Virus record (IMG/VR): IMGVR_UViG_3300034062_007046
Location: 18,846 to 82,845 of that record
DNA length: 64,000 nucleotides
From: a virus
Reading direction: 5' to 3' (one strand)
Every line of letters begins with the position of its first letter. Position 1 is the first letter of the stretch. The position numbers were made by a program, and so were the translations under genes. Below, in pieces: positions 41,119 to 51,449 of this stretch. The notes below the pieces were generated by a model that was not told where the DNA came from, made no database searches, and worked only from the letters and a program-made list of their open reading frames with translations.

Positions 41119-41570
41119 TAAACCTTAAAAACGTACTCATAACACTGGTGTTGCCAATTATTTTGGCGACACAACCAGCTATTGCCTTAGCAGAAACACC
41201 AGAACTGGATTCCGAGGGATTTATAGAATTAGAGCAGGGACAAGTTTCACCTGTAGGTGGGCTACTTTTTGATGATAAGGCTATGGCTAAACTCTTAGCA
41301 AACCAAGAATCAAAAATTGCTAAAATAGCTTTAGAAAAAGATACAGAGATTTCTAAAATAAAATTAGTATTAGAAACAGATATAAAGAAAAAAGAGAAAG
41401 AAATAGAAATAAAAGAAGAACTACAAAAAAGTTTATTAAATGCAAAGCAAGAAAGAATAGATCTCTTAGAAAAACAAAACAAGTGGTCTAATCTATATTT
41501 TATAGGCGGTTTTATAGTTGGCGTTACAATATCTATAACAATATTTTATGCAGCGGTACAGATAAAGTAG
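41115..41570 (+). CDS. Secreted coiled-coil protein with C-terminal TM (possible spanin partner)
   Basis: Signal peptide ending ALA/ET with no lipobox Cys; C-terminal 'LYFIGGFIVGVTISITIFY'; ATGA overlap. Confidence 0.45.
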   Translation: MINLKNVLITLVLPIILATQPAIALAETPELDSEGFIELEQGQVSPVGGLLFDDKAMAKLLANQESKIAKIALEKDTEISKIKLVLETDIKKKEKEIEIKEELQKSLLNAKQERIDLLEKQNKWSNLYFIGGFIVGVTISITIFYAAVQIK

Positions 41571-41577
41571 AGGAAAT

Positions 41578-41925
41578 ATGAAGGACTTAAACTATATTCA
41601 AGCATTAGAAAAAGCAGTGAAAGAAAAGTATGGTGATCTCGCCACCCAGAACCCAAAACAATTCTGGGATGAAGAAAAGGAAAAACAATACATTCAGCAA
41701 CAAAAAGAAGCAGTTTTTAAAAAATATAAAAACGAAGAGACAAGAGAAAAAGTTGAAGTCGACGGAGTTTTATTACCAAAGAAACTAATTAATAAAAATA
41801 TAGAAAAACAATGTAGTATTTGTAAAAAATACTCTTTCGATAAACGTGACGATTTATATTTAAATAAATTTAAAGCTTGTTATAGATGTTATTTATGTGA
41901 GTTAGAGGATAAAAAAAATGGCTAA
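41578..41925 (+). CDS. Hypothetical zinc-finger protein
   Basis: CSIC..CYRCYLC near the C-terminus. Confidence 0.6.
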   Translation: MKDLNYIQALEKAVKEKYGDLATQNPKQFWDEEKEKQYIQQQKEAVFKKYKNEETREKVEVDGVLLPKKLINKNIEKQCSICKKYSFDKRDDLYLNKFKACYRCYLCELEDKKNG

Positions 41926-42421
41926 TATTTTAGAAGTTATTGTAGGAATTCAAGATGCCTTAAAAGCCAAACACCATGGTGGCACTGAATTTGGTCTTAA
42001 ACGAGAAACGCAAGATTTAATTCAAGGATGCTCAATCTACGATCCAAGAGTTATGGATGGGTTCGGTGTGCAATTTCAAGGTGATCGTTTGATTATTAAA
42101 TATCATAGCGAAGAGCCCCTAACAAGAATTCATAATAAAAATTTTGAAACTGACACAAGAGATATTGTAAAACAAATCACAAAACATCTCAAAGAAGAAT
42201 ATCGTAAATCAACAAAATCAAGCTTATCATTGACGGAAGAAGGCGATATCCAAATTTTGGTTCAAACAGCAAATCGTAGAACTGCCTATGTAAATGCTAT
42301 TCAAGTTTATAAAATCGGAAATGTAGATATTGATGGTTCTGGAGAGAAGGTATACGATTCAGAACAAGAACGCATGGCAGATATTTCAAAACGCTGGTTA
42401 ATGAATACAAGATCAAAATAA
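41918..42421 (+). CDS. Hypothetical protein upstream of terminase
   Basis: 167 aa, GAGG SD; promoter-like ACTAATTAA at 41784-41792. Confidence 0.6.
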   Translation: MANILEVIVGIQDALKAKHHGGTEFGLKRETQDLIQGCSIYDPRVMDGFGVQFQGDRLIIKYHSEEPLTRIHNKNFETDTRDIVKQITKHLKEEYRKSTKSSLSLTEEGDIQILVQTANRRTAYVNAIQVYKIGNVDIDGSGEKVYDSEQERMADISKRWLMNTRSK

Positions 42422-42439
42422 GGTAATCAGGGTGATGGC

Positions 42440-44017
42440 ATGTCTTACAAATTATCTAAAGAAGAACTTAAAAGTGAAATTCTTAAATGCGGAAGAGATC
42501 CAGCATATTTTTTAGATAATTATGCAAAAATTGTTCATCAAGAAAGAGGCGTAATACCGTTTAAAACGTTTGCTTTTCAAAAGCAGCTCTTGAATGACTT
42601 TCATGATCATAGATATAATATAATTTTAAAAAGTCGCCAGATGGGTATTTCGACTATCGTATCTGGCTACTGCTCTTGGATGATGCTTTTTCACAAAGAG
42701 AAGAACGTCCTCGTCATGGCAACAAAACAAAAAACTGCCATTGAAATAGTCGATAAAGTTAAAGATATAATCGAGTCAGTCCCAGACTTTCTAAAATTAG
42801 CCACTGTCACAGTAAATAATAAAACTACATTTGAACTAAGCAATGGTTCAAAAATTCAAGGTACGCCAACCAGCAAAGATGCTGGTCGTGGTCAAGCCTT
42901 AAGCCTTTTAATTGTTGACGAAGCTGCATTCGTTGACGATATGGATGACCTCTGGACAGGTCTATTACCAACTATTTCAACTGGTGGGCGCTGTATCGCT
43001 CTATCAACTCCTAATGGTGTCGGTAATTGGTTTCATAAAACGTATGTAGACTCGGAAGCTGGTGGAAACAATTTTAAACCTACAAAACTCTCTTGGACGC
43101 TACATCCAGAGTATGATCAAGCTTGGTTTGATAATATGACCAAGAACATGAGCAAAAGACAAATTGCTCAAGAGTTTGAATGTAATTTTAATCAATCTGG
43201 TGAAACTGTCATTAATGCGGATGATATTAACCGCATGAAAAAAAATTCAAGGGAACCTTCTTATAAAACTTATATTGATCGAAATTTACATATCTGGAAA
43301 CCTTTTGAATCTGGTGGCAGTTATCTTTTAAGCGCCGACGTTGCTCGCGGAGATGGAAAAGACTATTCAGTTTTCCATATCATTGATGTAAAAAATATGG
43401 AACAAGTAGCGGAATATCAAGGAAAATTAGATCCTGATAATTTTGCTAAACTTATTTATGATACTGGGTTAGAATATGGTGGTTGCATGGTTGTTGTAGA
43501 AAACAACAACATCGGATACTCTGTGATCACAAAGCTTGTAGATATGCGCTATCCAAATGTTTATTACAGCACAAAATCATCTCACGAATTTATGGATACC
43601 ACTTCTGCACAGTATAGCAGTAATAGTGTTCCTGGGTTTACTACAACCATGAAAACACGTCCACTAATTGTAGCTAAACTTGATGAATTTATCCGTAACA
43701 AAAACGTAAATATTAACTCGCAAAGAACTCTGAATGAATTAGACACGTTCATATGGAATAACGGTCGTCCAGAAGCACAAAAGGGTTATAACGATGATTT
43801 AATTATGTCTCTCGCTATAGCTTGTTGGGTGAGAGACACTGCTATAATAAACAACGAAAGAAATTTGGAGTATTCAAAAGCGTTTCTTGGGGCTTTAACA
43901 AACTCAAGAAATTATCTTAATACCACCATACCTGGTATGCAGGGGTATGAATATGAACAAAAAATTAAACAACAGCAAAATACTTATAAACAATTTGCTT
44001 GGTTGATAAAAGGTTAA
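42440..44017 (+). CDS. terL: Terminase large subunit (T4 gp17-like)
   Basis: 'KSRQMGIST' Walker A, 'LIVDEAAF' Walker B, 'STPNG', nuclease 'ADVARG..DYS', 'VENN', 'DDLIMS'. Confidence 0.95.
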   Translation: MSYKLSKEELKSEILKCGRDPAYFLDNYAKIVHQERGVIPFKTFAFQKQLLNDFHDHRYNIILKSRQMGISTIVSGYCSWMMLFHKEKNVLVMATKQKTAIEIVDKVKDIIESVPDFLKLATVTVNNKTTFELSNGSKIQGTPTSKDAGRGQALSLLIVDEAAFVDDMDDLWTGLLPTISTGGRCIALSTPNGVGNWFHKTYVDSEAGGNNFKPTKLSWTLHPEYDQAWFDNMTKNMSKRQIAQEFECNFNQSGETVINADDINRMKKNSREPSYKTYIDRNLHIWKPFESGGSYLLSADVARGDGKDYSVFHIIDVKNMEQVAEYQGKLDPDNFAKLIYDTGLEYGGCMVVVENNNIGYSVITKLVDMRYPNVYYSTKSSHEFMDTTSAQYSSNSVPGFTTTMKTRPLIVAKLDEFIRNKNVNINSQRTLNELDTFIWNNGRPEAQKGYNDDLIMSLAIACWVRDTAIINNERNLEYSKAFLGALTNSRNYLNTTIPGMQGYEYEQKIKQQQNTYKQFAWLIKG

Positions 44018-44020
44018 AAA

Positions 44021-45988
44021 ATGGCTAATAGTAATTCATATACTAAAAAAAGTATTTCAAGCAACAATCCAAAAAATCAAGAGTCGCCACTCTATAATGC
44101 ATTAACAAGGCTCTTTTCTGGACCAGTAATAAACTATCGTCAACAGTCGCAAATTCGCTTTAAACGTAGAGATTTAGATCGTTTTAAATTCACTTCAACA
44201 AGTGGACAAAGCTTTAAGAAGAAAAGCTACAATCCATTTGAAGCCATACAAAGTAACATCATGGCTAATCAAAGCCGTGCAGAACGTTATAGCGATTTTG
44301 ATCAAATGGAATTCATGCCAGAAATCGCATCAGCAATGGATATTTATGCAGATGAGATGACTACTTTTAATCAATTTAGACCAATTTTATCAATCGATTG
44401 CAAGAACGAAGAAATAAAACAAATATTACATAGTCTTTACTACAAAACTCTTAATATTGAACAAAATTTGTATGGCTGGTCTCGTACAATGGTCAAGTTT
44501 GGTGATTTTTTCTTATATCTTGACATAGATGAAAGGATTGGAATCAAAAGTGTGCTTGGGTTACCTTCACCAGAGGTTGAAAGACTTGAAGGAGAAGACG
44601 AAACTAACCCAAATTATGTACAATTTCAATGGAACAGCGCACAGATGACATTTGAAAATTGGCAAGTAGCCCATTTTCGCATTCTTGGACAAGATAAGTA
44701 TTCTCCATACGGTACATCCATCTTAGAGCCTGCTCGTCGCATTTGGCGTCAACTACAATTATTAGAAGATGCTATGATGGCTTATCGAATCGTCCGCGCT
44801 CCAGACCGTCGTGTATTTAAAATTGATGTTGGAAATGTTCCACCACAAGACGTTGAGCAATATATGCAAAAAATTATAGCTCAAATGAAACGCAATCAAA
44901 TTGTAGATCCAAATACTGGTCGTGTAGATCTTCGATATAATCCAATGAGTATTGATGAAGACTATTTTATTCCTATTCGTGGAACAAGTAGCGGAACCAG
45001 CATAGATACACTTCCTGGTGGACAATATAATGGCGCTATTGACGACGTTAAGTATTTAAGAGATAAATTGTTTTCTGCTCTTAAAATTCCTCAAGCATAT
45101 CTCGCAAGAGGTGAAGGCGCAGCAGAAGATAAAACAATGTTGGCGCAAAAAGACATACGTTTTGCTCGCACAATTCAAAGACTGCAAAAAGTTATAATTG
45201 GAGAATTAGAAAAAATAGGAATGATCCATTTATACACTCTTGGTTTTCGAAACGATGACATTCTTAAATTTAGTCTTCGTTTGCATAATCCATCAAAATT
45301 AGCTGAATTACAAGAATTAGAACATTTAGATAAGCAATTATCTGTAGCTGGAAGCGCAAAAGAGCAAGGTTTTAGCAAAAGACACATATTTGAAAATATT
45401 CTTAAGATCGAACCACAAGAATTTGTTAGAATTCAAAGAGAGTTATCATATGATGCAATGCTATCTAAAAATCTTGAAGGTATTGGCTCCGAAGAGACCC
45501 CAGACGCTGGTGGCGGTGGTGGATTAGGTGGTGGTGAAGGCGAAACAATCCCAGCAATAGGAACAGAAGCGCCATCGGCAGGAGAAGCGCAAGAAACGCC
45601 AGAGGCAACTGGTGAAACAGGTAAAGAGTCGCCATTATTAGCCGCCCCAGCCCGCCGTGAAGATAAATCCGTCTTTTCTGTTAAGACACCTCATCTAACT
45701 TCTGGCTCAAAAGGTAAATGGTATAGACCAGTCTCCTCTTCTCAAAACGGTTCAGGTGCTCGACAAAGATCATATTCTGCACAATCAGGAGGACAAGTTG
45801 CATCTTCAGCGAGTAGAAATATATTTAAAGGTATGAGTGGCTTAAATACACTGTCAAGAGGATTAACTGAATCTGATATATTCGAAAAAGACGAACAATT
45901 ATTATTAGAAGTTCAAGAAAAAATTGAACAAATTGATAAAATATTTGGTAAAAAAGAAATAATTGGAGAAAACAAAAATGAAACATAA
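44021..45988 (+). CDS. Portal protein (T4 gp20-like)
   Basis: 'QLQLLEDAMMAYRIVRAPDRRVFKIDVGN', 'EDYFIP', 'IDTLPGG', 'LFSALKIP'. Confidence 0.95.
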   Translation: MANSNSYTKKSISSNNPKNQESPLYNALTRLFSGPVINYRQQSQIRFKRRDLDRFKFTSTSGQSFKKKSYNPFEAIQSNIMANQSRAERYSDFDQMEFMPEIASAMDIYADEMTTFNQFRPILSIDCKNEEIKQILHSLYYKTLNIEQNLYGWSRTMVKFGDFFLYLDIDERIGIKSVLGLPSPEVERLEGEDETNPNYVQFQWNSAQMTFENWQVAHFRILGQDKYSPYGTSILEPARRIWRQLQLLEDAMMAYRIVRAPDRRVFKIDVGNVPPQDVEQYMQKIIAQMKRNQIVDPNTGRVDLRYNPMSIDEDYFIPIRGTSSGTSIDTLPGGQYNGAIDDVKYLRDKLFSALKIPQAYLARGEGAAEDKTMLAQKDIRFARTIQRLQKVIIGELEKIGMIHLYTLGFRNDDILKFSLRLHNPSKLAELQELEHLDKQLSVAGSAKEQGFSKRHIFENILKIEPQEFVRIQRELSYDAMLSKNLEGIGSEETPDAGGGGGLGGGEGETIPAIGTEAPSAGEAQETPEATGETGKESPLLAAPARREDKSVFSVKTPHLTSGSKGKWYRPVSSSQNGSGARQRSYSAQSGGQVASSASRNIFKGMSGLNTLSRGLTESDIFEKDEQLLLEVQEKIEQIDKIFGKKEIIGENKNET

Positions 45989-46793
45989 TAAGAAAAGAAA
46001 TACTGCTTTTCTTTACGAAGTCTTATTAAGAGAAGGCACTCGCGGAGCATTAGATGGTGATGTTGAAAAGATAAAGCTTGTAAAAAATATAATTTTAGAG
46101 CATTTTTCGCCAAATTCTGAGTTGTATAAAGAATTGAAGTTATATAAATCTTTAGAAGAAAACTCTGTTGAGCAAGAATTTGCTGAAAAATTTATTAAAG
46201 AAGTAGAACAGCGTTATCAGAAACTAAACAAAAGAGCAATTTTTAACGAACAAACGCAATTAATTAATAAAATTAATAAAACTCTTGGCATAGGCTTGTA
46301 TAATTCTTTTGTGCCAAATTATAAAGATTTAGCGACCATTTCGCAAATTTTTAATGATGCTACTCCAATTAAAGAAAAAATCTTATTAGAACAAACAATT
46401 ATTAATAAAATTAAAATAGTCGATGAAAATAAAAATAGAAAAGTTATGCAGCCTATTGATAATATTGTATATTCCACTTTTAGCAGAAGCTTTAATGAAA
46501 AATATTCTTCTTTATTGAAGGAGCAAAAAGATTTATTAAATAAATTTGTAGGTTCTTTTGAAAATAACGGATTAGAATTTAAAATATTTTTAAATGAAGA
46601 GCTGGAAAGATTAAAAAATGAAATAAAAAAATCGGTCGTCAGAGAAGAGATAAGCTCAGACAAAAATATGGTTATTGCTACTAACAAAACATTAGACTAT
46701 TTAAGTAAGTTTAAAGAAGTAAAAGAAATTTCTGAAGACATGTTACAAAAAGTCTTAAAAATACAACAGTTTGTTCATGAGGTCAACAATTAA
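45978..46793 (+). CDS. Conserved hypothetical head-module protein
   Basis: GGAG SD favours the ATG at 45978 (MKHNKKRNTAFLYE). Confidence 0.65.
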   Translation: MKHNKKRNTAFLYEVLLREGTRGALDGDVEKIKLVKNIILEHFSPNSELYKELKLYKSLEENSVEQEFAEKFIKEVEQRYQKLNKRAIFNEQTQLINKINKTLGIGLYNSFVPNYKDLATISQIFNDATPIKEKILLEQTIINKIKIVDENKNRKVMQPIDNIVYSTFSRSFNEKYSSLLKEQKDLLNKFVGSFENNGLEFKIFLNEELERLKNEIKKSVVREEISSDKNMVIATNKTLDYLSKFKEVKEISEDMLQKVLKIQQFVHEVNN

Positions 46794-46794
46794 T

Positions 46795-47319
46795 ATGTTA
46801 AAGGTTTTTATAAAAGATAAACAAAGTGGCATAAAAAAAGAAGTACAGATAACAAGGTCTCTAAATGGAGATTATATGTTAACTGAGCATCCAGATATTG
46901 ATATCATCATAATGCCGCAGAAAAATAAACTTCTTGTTTTACCTAAAGAAGATTATAATGAACATGTTTACTCTCTACAAGATTCTTTTTTAAAATATAT
47001 GACCAAAAAGGGTGTTCTGCTACCAGAAAGTATATCTGGTGGTAACATATACGGTTCTTTTCAAGCCTCTTATACTCCACAACCATCGGGAGGTGAAAAC
47101 CCTTTGCAAGTAATTGTCTATAGCGCTGCAAACTTTATAGAACAAGAACGTCCAATATTTACGTTTGAAAAAGAATTTGAAGATACAATGGAAAAAGAAC
47201 TATTGTACCCATCAGTACAAGATTCCACCGAACTTGGAGAGGTTCCACAAGAACCATTCAAGGGCTCTATTCCAAAATATGGTTTCCCAACTCGCGGTAT
47301 TTACCGATACAATTATTAA
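46795..47319 (+). CDS. Hypothetical protein
   Basis: ATG at 46795 with GAGG SD; promoter-like ACTATTTAA at 46696-46704. Confidence 0.6.
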   Translation: MLKVFIKDKQSGIKKEVQITRSLNGDYMLTEHPDIDIIIMPQKNKLLVLPKEDYNEHVYSLQDSFLKYMTKKGVLLPESISGGNIYGSFQASYTPQPSGGENPLQVIVYSAANFIEQERPIFTFEKEFEDTMEKELLYPSVQDSTELGEVPQEPFKGSIPKYGFPTRGIYRYNY

Positions 47320-47335
47320 TTTAGGAGAAAATATA

Positions 47336-47848
47336 ATGTTAATAACAGAGTCACAAATCAGACAGATTATTAAAGAAGAAATTCAAGCAATGGTAGAGGA
47401 AGGTATTATTGACGAAGGATTTGCAGATACTCTTAGAAGAGGCGTAGGTCAACTTGGAGCAAGATTGGCTTCTGCGGTTGGCACAACTTCAGCGGATGTG
47501 GCTGACATAGAAAAAGCAAAAGCATCTGAAAAAGCTGCTGGAGAAGAAAAAGCTACTGCCGCTAAGAAAGAAATGGCTAAAAAACAAGTTGTTCAAAAAG
47601 CAAGAGAAGCTTCGCAAGCTCTTTTAAAAATTGATAATGATATGAGAAAAATTAGCGAATTATCGGGTCCATTAAGTTATGCTGATGGCACAAAATTAGA
47701 TGTTACATCAATTGGGTCTGCTATTGAAGCTTTGATGCAAGAATTAGATAAAGTTGAGCAAAAAATTACAGGAGAAACTGGTCATACAACTGGAGGAAGT
47801 TTAGGGCTTCACCCAACTTTGAAAGAAAAGAAAGCAGCTAAAAAATAA
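47336..47848 (+). CDS. Putative internal head protein with 'RQIIKEE' N-terminal motif
   Basis: AGGAG SD supports the ATG at 47336 (MLITESQIRQIIKEE); Ala/Lys/Glu-rich. Confidence 0.6.
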   Translation: MLITESQIRQIIKEEIQAMVEEGIIDEGFADTLRRGVGQLGARLASAVGTTSADVADIEKAKASEKAAGEEKATAAKKEMAKKQVVQKAREASQALLKIDNDMRKISELSGPLSYADGTKLDVTSIGSAIEALMQELDKVEQKITGETGHTTGGSLGLHPTLKEKKAAKK

Positions 47849-48111
47849 TGCAATTATTAAGCTTCATTCTTGCCTGCTACGGAATGACGATGATCGCGGT
47901 CTATGGCAAGATTTTTGATGCTGTTAGACCGCAGTATCATTTTTTTAAATGCCCTATGTGCATGGGATTTTGGGTTGGAGTATTTAATTGGCTTTTAATA
48001 GACGTAAGTTTTAATTGGTTTGTTGCTGGATGCATTTCATCTGGCACATCGTATCTGTTATCTCGCGTAGCAGATGACGACGGATTAACAATAAAAGTGA
48101 AGAAACAATGA
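47848..48111 (+). CDS. Small membrane protein, DUF1360-like
   Basis: Hydrophobic, with 'CPMCMGFW' motif. Confidence 0.55.
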   Translation: MQLLSFILACYGMTMIAVYGKIFDAVRPQYHFFKCPMCMGFWVGVFNWLLIDVSFNWFVAGCISSGTSYLLSRVADDDGLTIKVKKQ

Positions 48112-48117
48112 AACTTC

Positions 48118-48126
48118 ACTATTTAT
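48118..48126 (+). promoter_or_regulatory. Putative late promoter motif ACTATTTAT
   Basis: Recurrent motif upstream of a GGAGGTG SD. Confidence 0.65.
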
Positions 48127-48147
48127 ACTGAATGGAGGTGATTTATT

Positions 48148-48225
48148 GTGAATACTGAACAAGTATACATCCGTCGTTATATGTTGCAACCCGTTAGACG
48201 CTGTTGCAACGGTAGCATATCGTAG
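48148..48225 (+). CDS. Unannotated 25-aa peptide MNTEQVYIRRYMLQPVRRCCNGSIS
   Basis: Strong SD GGAGGTG 7 nt before the GTG; fills the gap before the protease gene. Confidence 0.55.
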   Translation: MNTEQVYIRRYMLQPVRRCCNGSIS

Positions 48226-48254
48226 CCTCTCGGAGAAAAAATCTGAGAGGCTAC
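48222..48254 (+). other. 13-bp RNA hairpin without U-tract
   Basis: GTAGCCTCTCGGA-GAAAAAA-TCTGAGAGGCTAC; overlaps the peptide's stop codon. Confidence 0.65.
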
Positions 48255-48275
48255 AACCTTTCACCAGAGAAACAA

Positions 48276-48893
48276 ATGAGCAAATTATTATTAAGAGAAT
48301 TTTTTGAATTGTGCGAAGGCGGCGTCTGTCAAGATCTATTGACAGAGCAAGAAAAAATATTCGTCAAAGATGGTGGCTTGATGCTGTCTGGCATCATGCA
48401 AAAAAGCGATCAAGAAAATGGGAATGGGCGTGTATACCCACGTAGAATTCTTGAACGTGAAGTAGAAAATTATCAAAAATTAGTTGAAGAACGTAGAGCA
48501 TTAGGTGAATTAGACCATCCTGATGATTCTGTCATTAATTTAAAAAATACATCCCACATGGTTACTAAAATTTGGTGGGATGGCAATAATGTTATGGGTA
48601 AAGTTAAGGTTTTAGACACACCATCTGGTAATATTCTTAAAAATTTAGTAAAAGGTGGTGTAAAATTAGGTATTAGTTCGCGTGGTCTTGGTTCTACAAG
48701 AAAAGAAAGCGGTAAAACAGTTGTTGAGGATGATTTTCAATTAATTTGCTTTGATTTCGTGCAAGAACCATCAACTCCTGGTGCTTTTATGGGACCAAAA
48801 GAGTTAGCGGAAGGCAAAACGCGAGACACAAGCAAAATATTCAGCAAGGCAGATAGATTGAATCGTTTGCTAAACGATATTATAGGAAAATAA
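48276..48893 (+). CDS. Prohead core protease (T4 gp21-like)
   Basis: 'NGNGRVYP', 'ALGELDHP', 'SHMV', 'LGISSRGLGS', 'FDFVQEPSTPGAF'. Confidence 0.92.
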   Translation: MSKLLLREFFELCEGGVCQDLLTEQEKIFVKDGGLMLSGIMQKSDQENGNGRVYPRRILEREVENYQKLVEERRALGELDHPDDSVINLKNTSHMVTKIWWDGNNVMGKVKVLDTPSGNILKNLVKGGVKLGISSRGLGSTRKESGKTVVEDDFQLICFDFVQEPSTPGAFMGPKELAEGKTRDTSKIFSKADRLNRLLNDIIGK

Positions 48894-48896
48894 AAT

Positions 48897-49298
48897 ATGT
48901 CAATTCAAGGTTTTGAATATCCAAAAGCAGGGTTAGGAAATGTTGCAAGTTATCAAGTGAGCGGTATTCCTTGGGTAACTTCTTCTCTAACAGCTCCTGC
49001 ATCTTCCTCTGTTCCATTAGAGATTAATTTTCCAAGCGTTACAAAAAGTATTCTTGTTAAAAATATTAATCCCACAACTAACAAAATTAGAGTTGGCTTT
49101 AGCGCAAATGGCGTTAAAGGAACAAATTATCTTTTAATAGAAAAAGATGAATCATTTGAAGCCGATGTTAAAATAACAAAACTATACTTGTTAAGCGACA
49201 CATCGGGTTCTGCTATTGCATCTGTAGTTGCGTCTCTTACAGGAATTGATACAAGTTCGTTGCCTAATAGCTGGTCTGGTTCTTCTGGTGTAGGATAA
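48897..49298 (+). CDS. Small virion (head decoration-like) protein
   Basis: 133 aa Ser-rich beta-type protein in the head module. Confidence 0.5.
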   Translation: MSIQGFEYPKAGLGNVASYQVSGIPWVTSSLTAPASSSVPLEINFPSVTKSILVKNINPTTNKIRVGFSANGVKGTNYLLIEKDESFEADVKITKLYLLSDTSGSAIASVVASLTGIDTSSLPNSWSGSSGVG

Positions 49299-49319
49299 AT
49301 TTAATAGGGGGCTCTTAAC

Positions 49320-51448
49320 ATGTTAAGATATGGAGTTCCACCATTGCCAGCGGGCATACCTAATACTGCTTCGCTGCTTATCAATGATGGTATCGGTGGA
49401 GGCTGGGTAAGTTCTGCATTAGTAGACAATGTATTAAGCGCTTCATATGTTCCTGCAATTGTTACAACAGACGGTATACAGGGAAATGGAACGGTTGGTA
49501 GCCCTGTACAGCTACAACCAAGCATTTCTATTACGGCAGTAACGGCTTCGCTAAAAGGCGATGGTTCACAAGTTACAGGGGTTATTTCTTCTTCTTTTGC
49601 TACAACGGCGGCATTTGCTCAATCGATTAATAGTTCTTCTCTTGCAACTACTGGCTCAAATATTTTTGTTGGCAATCAAACATTCTCCGGCTCCCTTTAT
49701 CAGTCAGGAACTTTTTATGGCGACCTTATTAATTTAGCATTTGGGTCAACCCAAACTGGAACAGGCTCTTATCTTCTAAACGCGGACGATCAGGGTACAA
49801 TACAATTTGATACTTATCAAAACATAGGAGCTGCGCTACAACCATATGTAAACACTGGCTCTTTTAGTGGTTCATTTATTGGTACGGTGAGCGCATCAAC
49901 TATTACTGCAACTAAAATAACCGCTTCGTCAGGCATAAACTTAACAAATACACAAATAGAAGCAGTAAATTATATTGATTTTTATACAGGATCTTCACCA
50001 GCGTGGCGTAATGGTAGAATATTTTGGGATGATGCGCAAGGCGCTTTAGCTGTATATAATGCTGAAGCTGATATCACGCTACAAGTTGGACAAGAAAACT
50101 ACGTAAGAGCGCGTAACCAAACAGGAAGTCCAATACTAAATGGTACAGCCGTTAGATTGTCTGGTGCCCTTGGGGATAGACCAACCATAACAAAAGCACA
50201 ATCTATTGATCAAACTGCGCTTTTATCAAATCGAAACGATATCGTAGGTGTAGCAACACATGATATCGAGCATGGAACAGATGGCTATGTTACTACACAA
50301 GGTCTGGTTAATGGTTTAAATACAGATGCCTACGAGGCTGGTGATTTGCTATGGGTATCACAAACAGCAGGAGAATTAACCAATCAAGTACCGGATGCTC
50401 CCTATGACAAAATATTTATTGGTGTTGAACAAGAAAAAATACAAATAATGGTTCTATTTTTGTTTTTCCAAGACAATCTATGCACTTTCATGATTTGTCT
50501 TCTGTTAGTTCGTCGTTGTATACACAGGGCGATATATTCGTATACCAAGTTTCTGGTTCAAGCGGAGTTTGGACGAATACAAAACAATTAAGTGGTTCTT
50601 ATAGTTTTACTGGTTCATTGAATATAACTGGAGCATTGTCTGGCTCACCAAATATAACAGTAGCGAGCAACATAGTTCCTGTTTCGTCTGGAACAATTTC
50701 TCTTGGATCTTTAGATAAACCATTTAAAGAGATATTTGTTGGTAGTGGTTCCATCAGTATTGCAAGCCCAATTTCTGGCGACCCAGCAACCGTTATTAGC
50801 AACAACGCAGGCAACTTGGAAATAAGTGCCGGTGGTATTAGATTATTGGGAACGGGCTCATTTATTGCAGCAACTGGTTCATTTGAGTATGTGTCTGGTA
50901 ATGTTACTTGGGAAGGTAACAGTAACCAATTGGGCTATATTTCAGCTTCAAATGGCTTTACGGGATCATTTACTGGTAGTTTCTACGGGAATGATAACCT
51001 TACAAAATATTATGGTGTATTTAGTGACGAGACTTTACAAACAGCTTCTGCGATAAACACAGAAGCCGCAATACGATTTGGTAATACCCACGAAGCAAAT
51101 GGAATTAGCATAGTAAGCGGTAGCCAAATTAAAGTAACAAAAGCTGGGGTATACGATATCGCATATACAGCTCAATATCACAAAACAACTAATCCTTCTG
51201 TGACAGTATCAAACTGGTTAAAAAGAACTGGATCAAACGTTGATAAAACAAACGTTGATTTTATAATGCCTAACAACACAAACTATCATACGTTTGTAAA
51301 TTTCTATACATTATATTTAAACGCAAATGAATATGTTGAAATTATGTATAGTGATGGGGCAACATTTCAATTGTCTGGCACTGGCGCACAAATTACTCCA
51401 ACAAGACCTTCAACACCAAGCGTAAGATTAAAAATAACTAAATTATAA
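49320..51448 (+). pseudogene. Fibre protein interrupted by a -1 frameshift near 50427 (ORFs 49320-50591 + 50480-51448)
   Basis: Frame 0 becomes implausible after 'KIFIGV'. The -1 frame opens at 50429 with TRKNTNNGSIFVFPRQSMHFHDLSSV and continues the same S/T/G-rich fibre sequence. Confidence 0.7.
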
Positions 51449-51449
51449 A

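Noticed and set aside
40473-41482. Minus-strand 233-aa and 125-aa Phe/Ser-rich ORFs
   Set aside because: Mirror of Lys/Glu-rich plus-strand genes.
41578-42421. Calling either ORF the terminase small subunit
   Set aside because: Position fits, but I recognise no TerS motif, so both are left hypothetical.
47165-47335. 5' extension of the 47165 ORF (likewise the starts at 22317, 24396, 40441, 45963, 46771)
   Set aside because: Downstream ATGs have proper SDs and avoid overlaps with upstream genes or signals.
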